Below, one piece after another: positions 27,670 to 37,067 of a stretch of 51,074 nucleotides of DNA. Source of the DNA: Methanobacteriota archaeon (GTDB lineage: Archaea > Thermoplasmatota > Thermoplasmata > RBG-16-68-12); NCBI GenBank assembly GCA_005878385.1, contig VBMN01000073.1, forward strand, positions 1 to 51,074, in the 5' to 3' direction. A program made the position numbers and the translations under genes. The notes under the pieces are model-generated. The model did no database searches and was not told the DNA's origin. It worked only from the letters and a program-made list of their open reading frames with translations. Positions within the stretch are counted from its first letter, which is position 1, and every line of letters starts with the position of its first letter.

Positions 27670-29632
27670 GGGTCAGCACCGTCCTCTTCTCGGCCTTGCC
27701 AGCGAGCACGGAACGAAGGGCGTCGTACAACTCCGTGTTCGACATCGGCCGACCGTTGTATTTCAGGATGAAATGGGTCATCTCGATCCCCGTGTGTTCG
27801 CGAACGACGCCGGCCAACTGGGCGCCGAAGTTCATCTCGAGGCCGATGCGCCGCTTCGCCTTCGCCAAGAACTTCCGAACTCCGTCGACGGGGAACGGGT
27901 TGATCAGCCGCATGTGGAGATAGCCAATCTTTGCACCTTCCGCCCACAGGCGGTCCAGCGCGTCGAGGACGGCCCCCTTCGTCGAACCCCATGAGACAAT
28001 CACGGTGCCGGCGTCCTTCGGGCCGAAGTAGTTCATCTTCACATCGGCAGGGATCTCGCGAGCCGCCAGGTCCAACTTCGCGAACCGCTTCTCCATCATG
28101 GCGTTCCGCAGGCCGGGATCCTCCGTGATGTGCCCCATCTCATCGTGCTCGTCCCCGGTGTTCCAGAAAATCGTTCCTTCCTGTCCGAGCAACGCACGAG
28201 GGGACACAGGTCCGTTCCCGAGGTCGAACCGCTTGTACGGGTCCTCCTTCGAGTAGCCGTTGTTCGCGAGGGCGAGGGCACCGCGTTCGATCCGAAGATC
28301 GGAGAGGTCCGGCGGCGCGATCGTCGCATAGCTGTTCGCGAGGGCCTTGTCGACCAAGTGGATGACGGGCATCTGGTATCGCTCCGCATAATTGAACGCG
28401 AGAAACCCGTCTCGGATGCACTCCTCGAAGTCGCCGGACGCGAGGACGATCCGCGGGCTTTCGCCGTGCCCCGCGTGCAATGCGAACCGGAGGTCGCCCT
28501 GTTCGTGCCGCGTCGGCATGCCCGTGCTAGGACCGGCCCGCTGGTAGAGCGTGATCACAAGGGGGACCTCATTGATCGAGGCCCATCCGATCCCCTCCAT
28601 CATCAGAGAGAAGCCGGGCCCCGACGTCGCGGTGGCAGACCGGGCTCCCGTCAAGGCGGCCCCGGTGGCCATCGTGACCGCGGCGATCTCGTCCTCGGTC
28701 TGCACGACCAACATGGAAGCGCCCTTCTCCTTGCCACCGGTCTCCGGGACCAGGCCATGGCCGTTCAGGTCGAGGATTTCGTTCTCCTCGAGGAACTCGC
28801 TCTCGTCGGAGGCGGGGGTAATCGGGTAGTATGTCTGGAACCGCATGCCTCCATAGAGCTTGCCCAAGGCGGTCGCCTGGCTGCCCGTGAGGAACAACCG
28901 AGGCTCCTTCTGAGCCACCTTCTCAAGGCGATACCGGAAGTCCGGGACGAGCGATCGCGCGAGCGCGTACGCTTTCTGTGCACCCGCGGCGTTCATGTTC
29001 ACGATCTTGGCCTTCGCCCGGAAGACCTCCTCGAGGGAACCCCGCATCATCGCGAAGTCGAACCCGAGCAAGCCGAAGGACGCGCCGACCGCGAGCATGT
29101 TCACGACCCGCGAGATCTTGCTCAGCTGGTCGACCTGAAACTCGTCGGCGATTTGCTCCAGGAGCTCCTTGAACGGAATGGGCACGAGGGCGACGCCCCG
29201 TTGCTTGGAGGCGGCCAGCATGTCGTCCAGCGTCTCGCCGACGCCATGCGAAATGAGATAGGTCTTGAGGTCGGCGGCTAGCCGCTTCTCGATCGTCGGG
29301 ATATCCGAGAGTCGAGTCTTGGCCAACGACGGATCGTAGACGATGGCCCCGTCATCCGTGACCGCCCGGGCATGGCGGAACAACGTCTCCGCCTCGAATG
29401 TCGCGAGGACATTCACCGCATCGATGTGGGACCGTACCAGATTCGTGTGGGCACGGAGGGCAAAGTAGGAATGCTCTCCCATGATGTTTGAATAGAACTC
29501 GCGCTTGCCGAAGACGTTCAGGCCGCCGGCGGCACACGCCCGCGCGAAGACGTTCGCGGACGAATCCACGCCGCTCCCTTGCGGACCTCCAATGAGCCAC
29601 GAAAGATCGTTGACTAGAATCGGGGGAGACAT
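27659..29632 (-). CDS. korA: 2-oxoacid:ferredoxin oxidoreductase alpha subunit (gamma-alpha fusion)
   Basis: [42 protein letters not shown]. Confidence 0.95.
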   Translation of the reverse strand: MSPPILVNDLSWLIGGPQGSGVDSSANVFARACAAGGLNVFGKREFYSNIMGEHSYFALRAHTNLVRSHIDAVNVLATFEAETLFRHARAVTDDGAIVYDPSLAKTRLSDIPTIEKRLAADLKTYLISHGVGETLDDMLAASKQRGVALVPIPFKELLEQIADEFQVDQLSKISRVVNMLAVGASFGLLGFDFAMMRGSLEEVFRAKAKIVNMNAAGAQKAYALARSLVPDFRYRLEKVAQKEPRLFLTGSQATALGKLYGGMRFQTYYPITPASDESEFLEENEILDLNGHGLVPETGGKEKGASMLVVQTEDEIAAVTMATGAALTGARSATATSGPGFSLMMEGIGWASINEVPLVITLYQRAGPSTGMPTRHEQGDLRFALHAGHGESPRIVLASGDFEECIRDGFLAFNYAERYQMPVIHLVDKALANSYATIAPPDLSDLRIERGALALANNGYSKEDPYKRFDLGNGPVSPRALLGQEGTIFWNTGDEHDEMGHITEDPGLRNAMMEKRFAKLDLAAREIPADVKMNYFGPKDAGTVIVSWGSTKGAVLDALDRLWAEGAKIGYLHMRLINPFPVDGVRKFLAKAKRRIGLEMNFGAQLAGVVREHTGIEMTHFILKYNGRPMSNTELYDALRSVLAGKAEKRTVLTRGA

Positions 29633-29791
29633 GAGTCCCTCACGCGGACGCCGAAAGGCGGGAGCCTTCTTGGGGATTTAGCAATTCCCAACGGATTCCG
29701 CCCCTGGATTCGACCACACAAATGGGACGCAAGCGCACCTTATCAAACCTTTCCTCCCGGTTCTGTCGAACGCGAATCGGACGTCGACGAA

Positions 29792-30778
29792 CTAGGGAGA
29801 GAGTTGGTTCCCCGTGCCAACCTTCGGCGCGCGACCGCGTGGCAGAGTGAGCTGTTGCATGAACCCTTCCATGAACTGGAAGCGGTTGCGCAACGTCACC
29901 TCGCTCACGCCCGCAATTTTCGCGATCGCCTTTTGCGGACGGCGTTCCCCGGACGCCAAGGAGGCCAAATAGATGGCGGCCGCGGCGGTGCCCGACGGCG
30001 AGAGCGACATCGAGTTGTCGATCTTCTCCAGCTCCTTCAGAATCTTCTGTGATTCCGCCTCCACCGCGATGCTCAAACCGAGTCGAGAACAGAAGCGGCT
30101 CACGTAATCAGACGGCCGGGATGGGGGGACGCGCAGCGTGAGGGTGCGGAGCAGCGCACCATACGCCTTTCCGATTGTCTTCTTCCGGACGCCGGTCACC
30201 TGCTGCAGCTCATCGAGAGTCCGAGGCACCCCATCGATCCGGCATGCGGCATACACCGCGGCAGCCACGATCGCCTCGATGGAGCGCCCCCGCACGAGGC
30301 CTTTTTCGAGCGCCTTCTTGCAGATGAAACCGGCTTCGTCCTTGACGGGCCGCGGCAGGCCCATCAGGGAGGCCACGCGATCCAAGGATCGGATCGTCTC
30401 GGGAAGGCTCCGCTCGCCGGGACGAGAATGGCCCGAATGCCGCTGGAGCTTCCGCATGCGGTAGAATTTCTCCCGTTCCCGGAGAGGAATTGTGTTCCCG
30501 CGGGCGTCTCGGTTCGCAAGGGGGATGACCGTAGTAAGGCCGGACGCGCCCGCGACGGAGCTTCGAGGGGCGCCGGTCCGGGCGAGCCGGTCGTTCTCTT
30601 CGACCGAATAGGCAGCCCATTCGGGCCCTTCGTCGATCGCACTCTCGCTGATCACAAGGCCACAGGAATCGCAGACTAGCTCTCCGCGCGCATAGTCGCG
30701 CACGAGGTGCTCGCTGCTGCACTCGGGACAGACCCGGTCTTCTTCGACCACCGGATCCGCCGGCGTCGTGGTTGGCAT
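29792..30778 (-). CDS. tfb: Transcription initiation factor IIB
   Basis: Zn ribbon CPEC...CDSCG, IDEGPEW, GRSIEAIVAAAVYAACR..GVPRTLDE, VSEVTLRNR. Confidence 0.96.
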   Translation of the reverse strand: MPTTTPADPVVEEDRVCPECSSEHLVRDYARGELVCDSCGLVISESAIDEGPEWAAYSVEENDRLARTGAPRSSVAGASGLTTVIPLANRDARGNTIPLREREKFYRMRKLQRHSGHSRPGERSLPETIRSLDRVASLMGLPRPVKDEAGFICKKALEKGLVRGRSIEAIVAAAVYAACRIDGVPRTLDELQQVTGVRKKTIGKAYGALLRTLTLRVPPSRPSDYVSRFCSRLGLSIAVEAESQKILKELEKIDNSMSLSPSGTAAAAIYLASLASGERRPQKAIAKIAGVSEVTLRNRFQFMEGFMQQLTLPRGRAPKVGTGNQLSP

Positions 30779-30819
30779 GGGCTACTTCCCTTGCCCGCGG
30801 TGGGTCTTCAGGTCGCCTA

Positions 30820-30880
30820 AATATAACGCGTTTATATTATACCTTGTCACCGTGCTCAGTGACAACTTACGGGTAACCGT
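30820..30880. promoter_or_regulatory. tfb upstream region with clustered inverted repeats
   Basis: AATATAA-CGCGT-TTATATT (30820-30838), TTGTCAC-N8-GTGACAA (30844-30865), ACGG-GTAA-CCGT (30869-30880). Confidence 0.6.
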
Positions 30881-31089
30881 TTGGATAGGGAGAGGAGGGA
30901 GACCGTCGGGACGAGACACGTCCTAATGCCCGGTGACGACCTCGTGGGGCCGTCGAAGGGCTTTGGGCGTGTCGAAGCCACGACCCTGGCCCGGCTTTGG
31001 ACCGTACCGCTCCAAGCCTCCATCGAGGTACGTACGCATCATTGACAAGCTTAATGTTCCTCTTGTTCTGTCGTCCGAACGCACATCCT

Positions 31090-32508
31090 ATGACCGACTA
31101 CCGCATCGAAAAGGACTTCCTGGGAGAACTGAAGGTTCCGAAGGAGGCCTACTGGGGCGCCCAGACGCAACGAGCCATCGAAAACTTCCCGATCAGTGGG
31201 ATCCGCTTCGGGCGGCGCTTCATCTACGCGCTCGGCCTGATCAAGATGGCCGCGGCCCAGACGAACATGGAGCTCGGTCTGCTCGACTCGAAAATCGGGA
31301 AGGCGATCGTCCAGGCGTGCCAGGAGGTCATGGACGGCAAGCTGGATGCCCAGTTCCCGCTCGACGTCTTCCAGACCGGGAGCGGCACGTCGACGAACAT
31401 GAACGCGAACGAGGTGATCGCGAACCGCGCGAATGAGATCCTCGGTCACCCGCTCGGTGAAAAAGGGCCCGTCCATCCGAACGACCACGTGAACATGGGC
31501 CAGTCCTCGAACGATGTGATTCCGACCGCGATTCACGTCGCGGCGCTGATGGAGATCGACCACAACCTCCTCCCCGCTCTCCGCGAACTCGAGGATAGTT
31601 TGGCGAAGAAGGCGAAGGAGTTCGATCCGATCGTGAAGTCGGGACGCACCCACTTGATGGACGCGACCCCGATTCGACTCGGTCAGGAGTTCTCCGGGTA
31701 CCAGTCCCAGATTGACCACGGGATCCGGCGTGTCTCCTCCTGCCGGGCGGCACTTGCGGAGCTGGCGATCGGAGGGACCGCCGTTGGAACCGGGATCAAC
31801 GCGCACCCGGAGTTCCCTGGGCGCGTCGTCGAAAAGATCAGCGCGGCCACGAACACGAAGTTCCGTGTCGCGGAGAACCACTTCGAGGCGCAGGCGTCCC
31901 AGGACGCCCTCGTCGAAGCGAGCGGGGCGATTCGGACCGTCGCCGTGTCAATGATCAAGATCGCGAACGACCTCCGGTGGCTGGGCTCGGGGCCTCACAC
32001 GGGCCTGAGGGAGCTCAATCTTCCTCCGGTCCAGCCCGGTTCGTCGATCATGCCGGGGAAGGTGAATCCGGTCATCCCCGAGGCGGTCATGCAGGTGGGC
32101 GTCACGGTGATCGGCAACGATGTCGCGATCGCGGTGGCAAACTCCCATTCCAACCTCGACCTGTGCACGATGATGACGGTGATGTCGCAGCGCCTCTCGC
32201 AGAACATCGAGCTGCTCGCGAACGTGTCTCGGGTATTCGCGCATCGATGCATCGAAGGGATCAGCGCGAACATCGACGTCCTGCAGCGGTACGCGGAATC
32301 GAGCCCCGCCATTGCCACGACCCTGAATCTCCTGATCGGGTACGAGAAGGCCGCGGAAATCGCGAAGGAGTCGGGCCGGACCGGGAAGACGGTGAAACAA
32401 CTCGTGATCGAGAAGGGCATTCTGTCGGCGGAGGAAGCGGAAAAGGTATTGGACCCCAGGCACCTCACGACCCCGAGCAAGGATCTGCTCGGGGGCGGTG
32501 GCGGCTGA
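31090..32508 (+). CDS. fumC: Class II fumarate hydratase
   Basis: YWGAQTQRA, FQTGSGTSTNMN, GRTHLMDATP, GSSIMPGKVNP. Confidence 0.93.
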   Translation: MTDYRIEKDFLGELKVPKEAYWGAQTQRAIENFPISGIRFGRRFIYALGLIKMAAAQTNMELGLLDSKIGKAIVQACQEVMDGKLDAQFPLDVFQTGSGTSTNMNANEVIANRANEILGHPLGEKGPVHPNDHVNMGQSSNDVIPTAIHVAALMEIDHNLLPALRELEDSLAKKAKEFDPIVKSGRTHLMDATPIRLGQEFSGYQSQIDHGIRRVSSCRAALAELAIGGTAVGTGINAHPEFPGRVVEKISAATNTKFRVAENHFEAQASQDALVEASGAIRTVAVSMIKIANDLRWLGSGPHTGLRELNLPPVQPGSSIMPGKVNPVIPEAVMQVGVTVIGNDVAIAVANSHSNLDLCTMMTVMSQRLSQNIELLANVSRVFAHRCIEGISANIDVLQRYAESSPAIATTLNLLIGYEKAAEIAKESGRTGKTVKQLVIEKGILSAEEAEKVLDPRHLTTPSKDLLGGGGG

Positions 32509-32519
32509 CCGATCGACGA

Positions 32520-32864
32520 GTGAAGAATCCCTCGGAAATCGTGGTGTTGTTCAAGACTCACCTGCGCGCGGGCGCTGACAAGGAAGAGTACGCAAAGACG
32601 TCACGCCGGATGCACGAGCTCGTCGAAACCATCCCCGGTTTCATCTCGATCAAAGGGTACATGGGGGAGGACGGCGACGAGATTGATATCGTCCGGTTCA
32701 AGACGGAGAAGGCGCTTGAGGCATGGCGGACGCAAGCGGAGCATCGAACGACGCAGGAACGTGGGCGTGAGGAGTTCTACGACCATTATTGGGTCCAGGC
32801 TTGCCGGGTGTTCCGCGAATACGAGTTCTGGTTGGGGCCTCACCCGGATTCAGGGGGAGCCTGA
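32520..32864 (+). CDS. Antibiotic biosynthesis monooxygenase (ABM)-family protein
   Basis: IPGFIS...F.TEKALEAWR...EHRTTQERGR..FY pattern; GTG start. Confidence 0.8.
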   Translation: MKNPSEIVVLFKTHLRAGADKEEYAKTSRRMHELVETIPGFISIKGYMGEDGDEIDIVRFKTEKALEAWRTQAEHRTTQERGREEFYDHYWVQACRVFREYEFWLGPHPDSGGA

Positions 32865-32867
32865 CGG

Positions 32868-34364
32868 TCATCCGCCGGTGAGCTTCGCGGTATCAATCTG
32901 GGCTCGTTGGAGCCGCCCGGAATAGTCCACGTAGATCGTCTTCCAATAGGTGAACTCGTCGAGAGCCGTCGTCCCTGCCTCCCGGGTATCGGTGGGTCCG
33001 GTCTCCTTCACACCGCCGAACGGCAATTGCACCTCCGCCCCGATGGTCGGGGCATTGACGTAGGTGATGCCCGCCTCAAGCTCCTGCATTGCGCGGAACG
33101 CCCACCGCAGGTCATTCGTGTAAATCGATGAGCTGAGGCCGTACTTGACCGAATTTGCAATCGCGACGGCGTCGTCGAAATCCTTCGCTTTCAGGACGCT
33201 GAGGACGGGCCCGAAGATCTCCTCCAGCGCGAGGCGCTTCCGGCGGTCGACGGCAAAGACGGTCGGGGCGATGAAGAACCCTTTGTCGTATACGCCTCCG
33301 GCGAGCTTTTTCCCGCCCGTGATCAGCGTGTCGCCCTCCTTCCGGCCAATCTCGATGTATTCGAGGACCTTCTTCTCCTGGTCCGCGGAGGCCACGGGAC
33401 CCATGTCCGTCTTTTCATCGATCGGATTCCCGACCCGTAGTTTCTCAGCCCGTTTCGCGAGATCGTCCACTACCTGATCGTAGATTTTCTGATGGACGAT
33501 GAGACGCGAGGACGCGGTGCACCGTTGTCCCGCCGTTCCAAAGGCGCCGAACATCACACCGTCCATAAGGAGCTCGAGGTTCGCGTCGTCCATCGCGATG
33601 ATCGGATTCTTGCCTCCCAACTCCAGTCCGACTTTGATCATCTTCTTCGCCGCGGTCTCGTACACGTGCCGACCGGTGTCGACACCGCCCGTGAAGGAGA
33701 TGACCCGAAGGTCGGGATGGGCCACGAGCCCGTCCCCAACGACGGAGCCGCTCCCAGTTAGCAGGTTCACCACACCTGGCGGAAATCCCGCTTCGTCGAG
33801 CACCTCGACGAGCTTCGCCGCACAGAGTGGGGTGAGGCTCGACGGCTTGAGGACGAAGGGACATCCCGCGATCAACGCGGCCCCGCTCTTCCACGCGGGA
33901 ATCGCCATCGGGAAGTTCCATGGCGTGATCAGGCCGACCGGGCCGACCGGCATCCGGACGGTCAGGCACATCTTGTTCGGCAACTCGGACGGGACCGTCT
34001 CGCCGAACATCCGGCGGCCCTCGCCCGCGGCGTACTCATAGAAGTCGATCACTTCCTGGACGTCGCCACGGCCTTCGGCGATTACCTTTCCCATTTCCGT
34101 CGTGACGACTCGCCCCAGTTCCTCTTTCTTCCGTCGAAAGATCCGGGCCGCTTCGAGGAGAATCTCACCGCGCCGTGGGGCCGTGGTCTTCCGCCATTTT
34201 TCGAAGGCCCCCTTCGCGGCATGAGCCGCCCCACCCAATTCGTCCTTCGTCGCGAGCGGGAACGTGGCGAGGACTTCGCCGGTCGCTGGGTTCCGAGTCT
34301 CGAACCGCTTGCCCTCGGACTTCCTCCATTTCCCGTCGATGAACAGTCCGTACTCCTGGACCAT
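32868..34364 (-). CDS. NAD(P)-dependent aldehyde dehydrogenase
   Basis: ITPWNFP, SFTGG, LELGGKNP, GQRCTA, EEIFGPV, PFGGVK. Confidence 0.95.
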   Translation of the reverse strand: MVQEYGLFIDGKWRKSEGKRFETRNPATGEVLATFPLATKDELGGAAHAAKGAFEKWRKTTAPRRGEILLEAARIFRRKKEELGRVVTTEMGKVIAEGRGDVQEVIDFYEYAAGEGRRMFGETVPSELPNKMCLTVRMPVGPVGLITPWNFPMAIPAWKSGAALIAGCPFVLKPSSLTPLCAAKLVEVLDEAGFPPGVVNLLTGSGSVVGDGLVAHPDLRVISFTGGVDTGRHVYETAAKKMIKVGLELGGKNPIIAMDDANLELLMDGVMFGAFGTAGQRCTASSRLIVHQKIYDQVVDDLAKRAEKLRVGNPIDEKTDMGPVASADQEKKVLEYIEIGRKEGDTLITGGKKLAGGVYDKGFFIAPTVFAVDRRKRLALEEIFGPVLSVLKAKDFDDAVAIANSVKYGLSSSIYTNDLRWAFRAMQELEAGITYVNAPTIGAEVQLPFGGVKETGPTDTREAGTTALDEFTYWKTIYVDYSGRLQRAQIDTAKLTGG

Positions 34365-34459
34365 GGGCCTCGCCCGTGTGCGTGTCAAGGTCCCACGAGG
34401 CTAATACCTTACTCCCTCTCTCGGGCGACGCGACCCGTTCGAACGAGCCCGAGGTTCTC

Positions 34460-35734
34460 TTAGCCCGTGCGTTTCAGAATGGCCACGGCAGCCTTTCGAA
34501 GATCGTCCGCGATGACGTCCGGCGACCAGGGATGCACGTCCGCCTCGAATCGCTTCCGCCAGGATGGGGGACCGACCCAGGCGGTGTGGCATCCGAAGGC
34601 GCGGCCGGTCTGCACATCGAGCGGCTTGTCGCCGACCATCCACGCGTTCCTCGGCCGCACGCCGAGATCGCGCGCGGCGGCGAGGAGCATTCCGGGACGC
34701 GGCTTACGGCACGCGCACTCCGAGAGCACGTGATGCGGACAATAGTAGATCTCGGAAATCCGGATGCCTTCCGTTCGAAGGGAAGCAAGCATGCGGTCGT
34801 GGATTCGCCTGAGTTGGCGTTCGGGCACCAACTTCCACCCGGACGCATCTTGATTCGTCACAATCACGAGGCGCCAACCATGCTCCTGGAACAATCGCAT
34901 GCCCGCAATCGCACTGGGCAGAAACTCGAACTGCTCCGGGGTGCGGACGTATCCGGGGCGTCCGCGATTGATCACGCCGTCACGGTCCAGCAACACGGTC
35001 GGCACGTCGGCCGGTTTCGTCCTTTCCGACAACCCGTGGCGCTTCACGTGCAACGCTCGCCGGGCCACCGGAGATTGCAAGAAGAAATCCACGAGTCCCC
35101 ACTTCGCGAATGGGTTGCGGGTCAGGGTCAGTCCCTTGTCCACTGTGAACCAAGCCGCCTCCTCGATCTCGTCCGCCTTGAGTCGAAAACGGTCCGACTT
35201 GAGATGACCTTTGTACACGAAGCCCAACGTGTACGCCGGCTTTCCCGGAAATCCGGACACGTAGACGTTCAGGAGACCGTCGAGCACGACTTGGGTCCCG
35301 ATCTCCTCCTTCGCCTCCCGTTCGACCCCTGCCTCGGGCCCCTCTCCATAATCCATGAAACCACCGGGGATGTTCCAATGCCCTTTCGAATATCCGCGCA
35401 CGGCCTTGACCATCAACACCCGCGGTCCTTTCGAGAGGATGACTTCGGAGACGCAACGGATCATCGTCGTGTAGATCGCGCGTTTCACGAGCGGGTCGAC
35501 GTCGGTCCGTTCGAACACGGAATCCCGTCCCATCCACTCTTCGGGATGGTGGTCGAGCCGCGGCGTGCGCTTCACGACACGGTCCTCACCGAAGTCCATG
35601 ACGCCGTTCGGATCCGTGCGGAATGGGAGGCTCTCTTCCCCTCGGGGAAAGCGATATTTACCGCGGTCCCGGACCAGGAAGACCTGCCCGTCCGTCTCGA
35701 CGAACACGTGCTCGCGCCTCCGCCTCTTGGCCAT
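34460..35734 (-). CDS. Nudix hydrolase fused to a HAD-IIIA (GmhB/HisB-like) phosphatase
   Basis: Nudix box GGFMDYGEGPEAGVEREAKEEIG; HAD motifs LDRDGVIN, VTNQ, CPHH..CACRKP.PGM, VGDKPLD. Confidence 0.88.
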   Translation of the reverse strand: MAKRRRREHVFVETDGQVFLVRDRGKYRFPRGEESLPFRTDPNGVMDFGEDRVVKRTPRLDHHPEEWMGRDSVFERTDVDPLVKRAIYTTMIRCVSEVILSKGPRVLMVKAVRGYSKGHWNIPGGFMDYGEGPEAGVEREAKEEIGTQVVLDGLLNVYVSGFPGKPAYTLGFVYKGHLKSDRFRLKADEIEEAAWFTVDKGLTLTRNPFAKWGLVDFFLQSPVARRALHVKRHGLSERTKPADVPTVLLDRDGVINRGRPGYVRTPEQFEFLPSAIAGMRLFQEHGWRLVIVTNQDASGWKLVPERQLRRIHDRMLASLRTEGIRISEIYYCPHHVLSECACRKPRPGMLLAAARDLGVRPRNAWMVGDKPLDVQTGRAFGCHTAWVGPPSWRKRFEADVHPWSPDVIADDLRKAAVAILKRTG

Positions 35735-35824
35735 TCCTCCCAACCATGCCTGTGGGCCATATTAAATGCTCACGGGAAGCCACTCGCGAACCCGTGTCTC
35801 AATCGGCCAGATCGATCCGAGATC

Positions 35825-36499
35825 TCAGTCTCGAACTTTTGCCGCGATCGACACACCATCGCGGAGCGGCACGATCGTCGCAATCATCCGCGGGTCCTTC
35901 GCCAAGCGCTCGTTGTAGGTTCGGATCGCCGTTGTCTCTGCGGACTGGACCTTCCGGGCCACGTCCCCATTCCACAAGACGTTGTCCGTGACCAAGAGCC
36001 CACCGATTCGGAGCCGCTCGATACACGGCTCGAGGACCGCGGGATAGCCGGCCTTGTCGATGTCGTTGAAGATGAAATCGAATGGGCCTTTGAGGTCGCG
36101 AAGGATTCGATCTGCGGACCCCACCAAGATTCGCACCTTCGGCGTAACGCCCGTCTTCTCGAAATTTTTCTGAGCGAGAGCCGCGGTCTCGGCATCGTGC
36201 TCAACCGTCACGAGTTCTCCCCCGTCGGCGAGGGCGCGGGCCAGCCAGGTCCCCGAGTATCCGATCGCGGTACCGAGTTCCAAGATTCGCTTGGCCCGAA
36301 CCGACCGCGCAAGGATATGGAGGAAACTCCCCTCGGCCGCGCCGACGATCGGCCAGTCGTCCTTCATGCCCTGCTTCTCGACCGCCATCAGCGCGGCATC
36401 GCCGCGGTTCGCGAGGTCATCCATGTACCTGTCAATCTCGTCGTATACGATTCCCGGAGGCAATCGATCACCGTGCGACGGAGCGCGGTTCGCGGGCAT
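35825..36499 (-). CDS. Cation-dependent O-methyltransferase (CCoAOMT/COMT-like)
   Basis: LELGTAIGYS, FDFIFNDIDK..Y, GGLLVTDNVLW, PLRDG. Confidence 0.9.
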   Translation of the reverse strand: MPANRAPSHGDRLPPGIVYDEIDRYMDDLANRGDAALMAVEKQGMKDDWPIVGAAEGSFLHILARSVRAKRILELGTAIGYSGTWLARALADGGELVTVEHDAETAALAQKNFEKTGVTPKVRILVGSADRILRDLKGPFDFIFNDIDKAGYPAVLEPCIERLRIGGLLVTDNVLWNGDVARKVQSAETTAIRTYNERLAKDPRMIATIVPLRDGVSIAAKVRD

Positions 36500-36568
36500 G
36501 AACCTTCTCTGCGTCGTTGACAAACGCTTATCCCGGCGAAGGCCTCATCGCGCTGTGGGATGGGACCC

Positions 36569-36712
36569 ATGTGCAAGCTTACGAAGACGGACAGCGCCGT
36601 CCTGTCGTGGTATCTCGAGACGCAATACGTGAATGAAATCGCGGAGCGCGGTTATGCGCTCGCCCCGAATCTGGACGTGCCGACGCCGTCGCGCACGAAG
36701 CTCACTCGTTGA
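36569..36712 (+). CDS. Putative 47-aa small protein (not in the ORF track)
   Basis: MCKLTKTDSAVLSWYLETQYVNEIAERGYALAPNLDVPTPSRTKLTR*; fills the intergenic gap; mostly G/C third positions; TATA-like CTTATC upstream. Confidence 0.45.
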   Translation: MCKLTKTDSAVLSWYLETQYVNEIAERGYALAPNLDVPTPSRTKLTR

Positions 36713-37010
36713 GGGGTGCGCTGACCCCGGGCCGGCTCACCCCGTCCAGATCGTCCGCCCGGCGTTCCATCTGGTCTGCCTTCGACCGGAGGTGCCGACA
36801 GCGCTCCTCGAGGTGGTTTGCCTTCAACCGCGCCTTCGCGGCCCGGTGTCGGAGCTTGGCTGCTTTCGCGCGATCCTTCAGCTCGTGCTCGGGTCCCCGC
36901 CGGGCAGACCGCGGAAAGACCGGCCTCGTCTCCCGTGGCGGAGTCGCTGACGGCGGTACTGGGTGCTCGGGCCCGGGCTCCATGGTCGTCTCGAACGCAG
37001 ATTCGGACAT
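36702..37010 (-). CDS. Small basic coiled-coil hypothetical protein
   Basis: Pro-rich N-terminus then ELKDRAKAAKLRHRAAKARLKANHLEERC...; start 37010 or 36983. Confidence 0.55.
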   Translation of the reverse strand: MSESAFETTMEPGPEHPVPPSATPPRETRPVFPRSARRGPEHELKDRAKAAKLRHRAAKARLKANHLEERCRHLRSKADQMERRADDLDGVSRPGVSAPLNE

Positions 37011-37067
37011 AAGAGTTGCGCCCAGGACCTCACAACCCGAAAATACCGGCACATCCATCGGCGGATC

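Noticed and set aside
32490..32880. FumC (…LLGGGGG) and ALDH (…LTGG) both end in Gly-Gly, suggesting E1 substrates
   Set aside because: Neither has a beta-grasp domain, and Gly codons are common in GC-rich tails; there is no supporting evidence.
34376..36520. 714-aa plus-strand ORF
   Set aside because: Antisense shadow of the Nudix-HAD and O-methyltransferase genes, expected in GC-rich DNA; no motifs.
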